Source of the DNA: a virus | Taxonomy: Duplodnaviria > Caudoviricetes | DNA: 27,431 bases | Strand: one strand, 5' to 3' | Virus record (IMG/VR): IMGVR_UViG_3300036823_000215 | Coordinates: 1 to 27,431 of that record | Shown here: piece by piece, positions 25,617 to 27,431 of the stretch | Numbering within the stretch: position 1 is the stretch's first letter | Layout: each line of letters starts with the position of its first letter | Position numbers and translations under genes: made by a program | Notes under the pieces: model-generated | Databases searched by the model: none | What the model saw: only the letters and a program-made list of their open reading frames with translations | What the model was told of the DNA's origin: nothing

Positions 25617-26939
25617 TTAGGCCCTTCCGATGCGTGGCCACTCTTCGTTTCGTTGTTGTAACAGGGCTTGGCCGTCGTCGCTCACCGGGGCTTGACGATT
25701 CCATCCTGCCGCCATTGCTTGTTCCTGCCACGTTGGGAGCGCTGGGGACGGCTGAGGCGGATGTTGTGGAGTCCAGCCCGCGATTATTGCCTGTTGGCGC
25801 CAATCTTGCGGCGACGGCGAACTTTCCCATGCTGTGGAGGCCCACCGACGCTTCGCCTCCATGGAAATCGCGGTGTAGTGCTGCTGCATCGTTGGACTGA
25901 TGTGGCCCGCAAAGCTCATGATCACCTGAATGGGGACGCCGGATTCCGCCATGCGTGTGATCGCCGTGTGGCGCAGATCGTACGGTCGCAGCCATGGAAC
26001 TTTCGCCGCGGTGCGAACCTGCTCCCATGGCTTGCGAAGGCCCCACGGGCTCATTGGACGCAGCACGTCGTACTTGTCGTGGTGTAGATGAAACGGGAAC
26101 AGGCAGCAGTGTGGGCCACCGGCGCCCAGCTGCCGGGCCCGCCGCATAAGATTTTCCAGCGCCCAAACAACCTCCGGCGTTTGCAAGGGGATCGTCCGGA
26201 TCCGGAACTTATTTTTCGCGCCGGCGCTTCGGATCTGGATTGTTCCTTGGTCAAGGAAGACGTCGCCGAGGCGCAGCATCCGCAGCTCGTTCGTCGAGGC
26301 CGTCGTCTGCAGTGCAACCAATGACCACCAGTACACCAGCTGCCATTCCGTCCGCGAGCCGGCGGCTTGCAGGAATCGATGCTGCTCTTCTGGATTCATC
26401 GCGCGCTGGATGTCATTCTGGACCGGCTGGAGGGGCTCGTAGACCTCCTCGTGGTGTAGTGTCCACGCGCCCGCGGCCCGCATCACCCGCATCACTGTCT
26501 GCACTTCCTTGCGGATCAGATTCGCGCTGGCGGCCCGCATCCAGCGGGTCTGCTGCAATATCCAGCCGCGCCCATGCTCGTCTGACCATTTCTCTGCCAG
26601 TTCCGGGGAGGCAAACGGCCCAACCGTGTCGCCGTTTCGCTCGAGGTAGAGATTGCCGTCGGCATCAGGAGGGTTGGTAGCGCGCAGCACATGATACCGA
26701 TGAAAATGGCTGGCGTTGATCTCCTCAAGACGAAAGCCTCCGAAGAAGAGCCCGGTCGCGCGGGCGTACTGGCGAAGGTCCTTTTCTGTGCGTGGCGAGA
26801 TGTAACGCGCATTCGTTCGGGCTCCCGCGGTGTGGATCACGCGGCGAGAGATCCACTCTTCGAAGGCGGCAGAAAATGTCAGCTGGGGAGAAAGTGTTGA
26901 ATTGGTCATCTGAGTGACGTTTGGGAATTGGCAAATCAC
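25617..26939 (-). CDS. Tyrosine integrase/recombinase with an atypical first catalytic motif
   Basis: AKNKFRIRTIPL, RPYDLRHTAITRMAESG and FAGHISPTMQQHY; GTG start after AAAGGAG. Confidence 0.9.
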   Translation of the reverse strand: MICQFPNVTQMTNSTLSPQLTFSAAFEEWISRRVIHTAGARTNARYISPRTEKDLRQYARATGLFFGGFRLEEINASHFHRYHVLRATNPPDADGNLYLERNGDTVGPFASPELAEKWSDEHGRGWILQQTRWMRAASANLIRKEVQTVMRVMRAAGAWTLHHEEVYEPLQPVQNDIQRAMNPEEQHRFLQAAGSRTEWQLVYWWSLVALQTTASTNELRMLRLGDVFLDQGTIQIRSAGAKNKFRIRTIPLQTPEVVWALENLMRRARQLGAGGPHCCLFPFHLHHDKYDVLRPMSPWGLRKPWEQVRTAAKVPWLRPYDLRHTAITRMAESGVPIQVIMSFAGHISPTMQQHYTAISMEAKRRWASTAWESSPSPQDWRQQAIIAGWTPQHPPQPSPALPTWQEQAMAAGWNRQAPVSDDGQALLQQRNEEWPRIGRA

Positions 26940-27009
26940 TGTGGATTCTCCTTTGGAGCGGGTTGAGTGTGATTCGTTTAATTATCGAAACGGAATCGTG
27001 TAGATATTA

Positions 27010-27029
27010 CACCGATATACAAAGGAAAG
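27010..27029 (-). repeat. Third, partial copy of the shared promoter element
   Basis: CACCGATATACAAAGGAAAG versus CACCGATATACAAAAGAAAG at 8761 and 10732. Confidence 0.8.
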
Positions 27030-27059
27030 CAAAATCGCTTGCTATCGCCAAGGCGTGGT

Positions 27060-27095
27060 GTTACGTTCTCTCTACGGACGTTGAAGGAATGTAAC
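27060..27095. promoter_or_regulatory. Inverted repeat, putative res/crossover site of resolvase 1
   Basis: GTTACGTTC...ACGTT...GAATGTAAC followed by GGAG, in the same position as 10774-10811. Confidence 0.55.
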
Positions 27096-27111
27096 GGAGA
27101 GGGAAAAAGCG

Positions 27112-27306
27112 ATGGCAGCTGGAAAGTTCGTGAGCTACCTGAGGGTGTCGACGGCGCAGCAGGGATCCAGCGGTTTAGGCCTGGAGGCGCAGCGCGCGGC
27201 GGTTGCTGGATACCTCAATGGCGGGGAGTGGATCCTCGTTGAAGAGGTATTGGAGGTTGAGAGTGGGAAGCGAAATGACCGGCCCGCTCTGGCTCGGGCT
27301 CTCCGG
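27112..27306 (+). pseudogene. N-terminal 65 codons of the IS-interrupted serine resolvase
   Basis: MAAGKFVSYLRVSTAQQGSSGLGLEAQRAAV...VESGKRNDRPALARALR; homology stops exactly at the IS end. Confidence 0.93.
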
Positions 27307-27431
27307 TGGGTTTGGCAAGTAATCTTGGCCCACTTGTGGCAGTTAACTCTGGCCCATCTGTGGCAGCTTGCTGGACAAGGTAGCGGGATAGAGATGCGCT
27401 GTGCTTCGGGCTGGAGCGTAGCGGAAGCCCG
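27307..27431 (-). mobile_element. IS21-family insertion sequence, opposite end (IRR), truncated by the window edge
   Basis: TGGGTTTGGCAAGTAATCTTGGCCCACTTGTGGCAGTTAACTCTGGCCCA is an imperfect inverted repeat of the end at 127; preceded by TCCGG. Confidence 0.88.

Noticed and set aside
128-27306. Complete prophage, phage-plasmid or conjugative element
   Set aside because: No recognisable capsid, portal, TerL, tail, lysis, relaxase or T4SS genes.

Overview
The window looks like one complete, circularly permuted mobile element of about 27.2 kb. Its two ends are the two termini of an IS21-family element inserted into a serine resolvase gene: the 5-bp duplication TCCGG is at 128-132 and 27302-27306, the N-terminal half of the gene is at the right end and the C-terminal half at the left end. 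The left ~10.8 kb is a plasmid-like backbone: HigBA-type toxin-antitoxin pair, large tyrosine recombinase, excisionase-like HTH gene, iteron cluster, 3' half of tRNA-Met (attP-like), RepA, ParA plus RHH partner, and a HerA/FtsK-like ATPase with tandem wHTH repeats. The right ~16.3 kb is phage-derived: second resolvase, CGNR-like zinc-finger protein, a virion/ejection-type protein with an M23 peptidase domain, a 2190-aa polyvalent protein (ART-like and HExxH metallopeptidase domains), a phage replication initiator with internal iterons, a small terminase subunit and a second tyrosine integrase. No capsid, portal, large terminase, tail or lysis gene is recognisable. My best inference is a plasmid/phage-satellite hybrid carrying TerS and DNA-ejection-type proteins, built from two modules that are each headed by a resolvase and a res-like site. 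Family calls come from motif recognition only; no searches were run.
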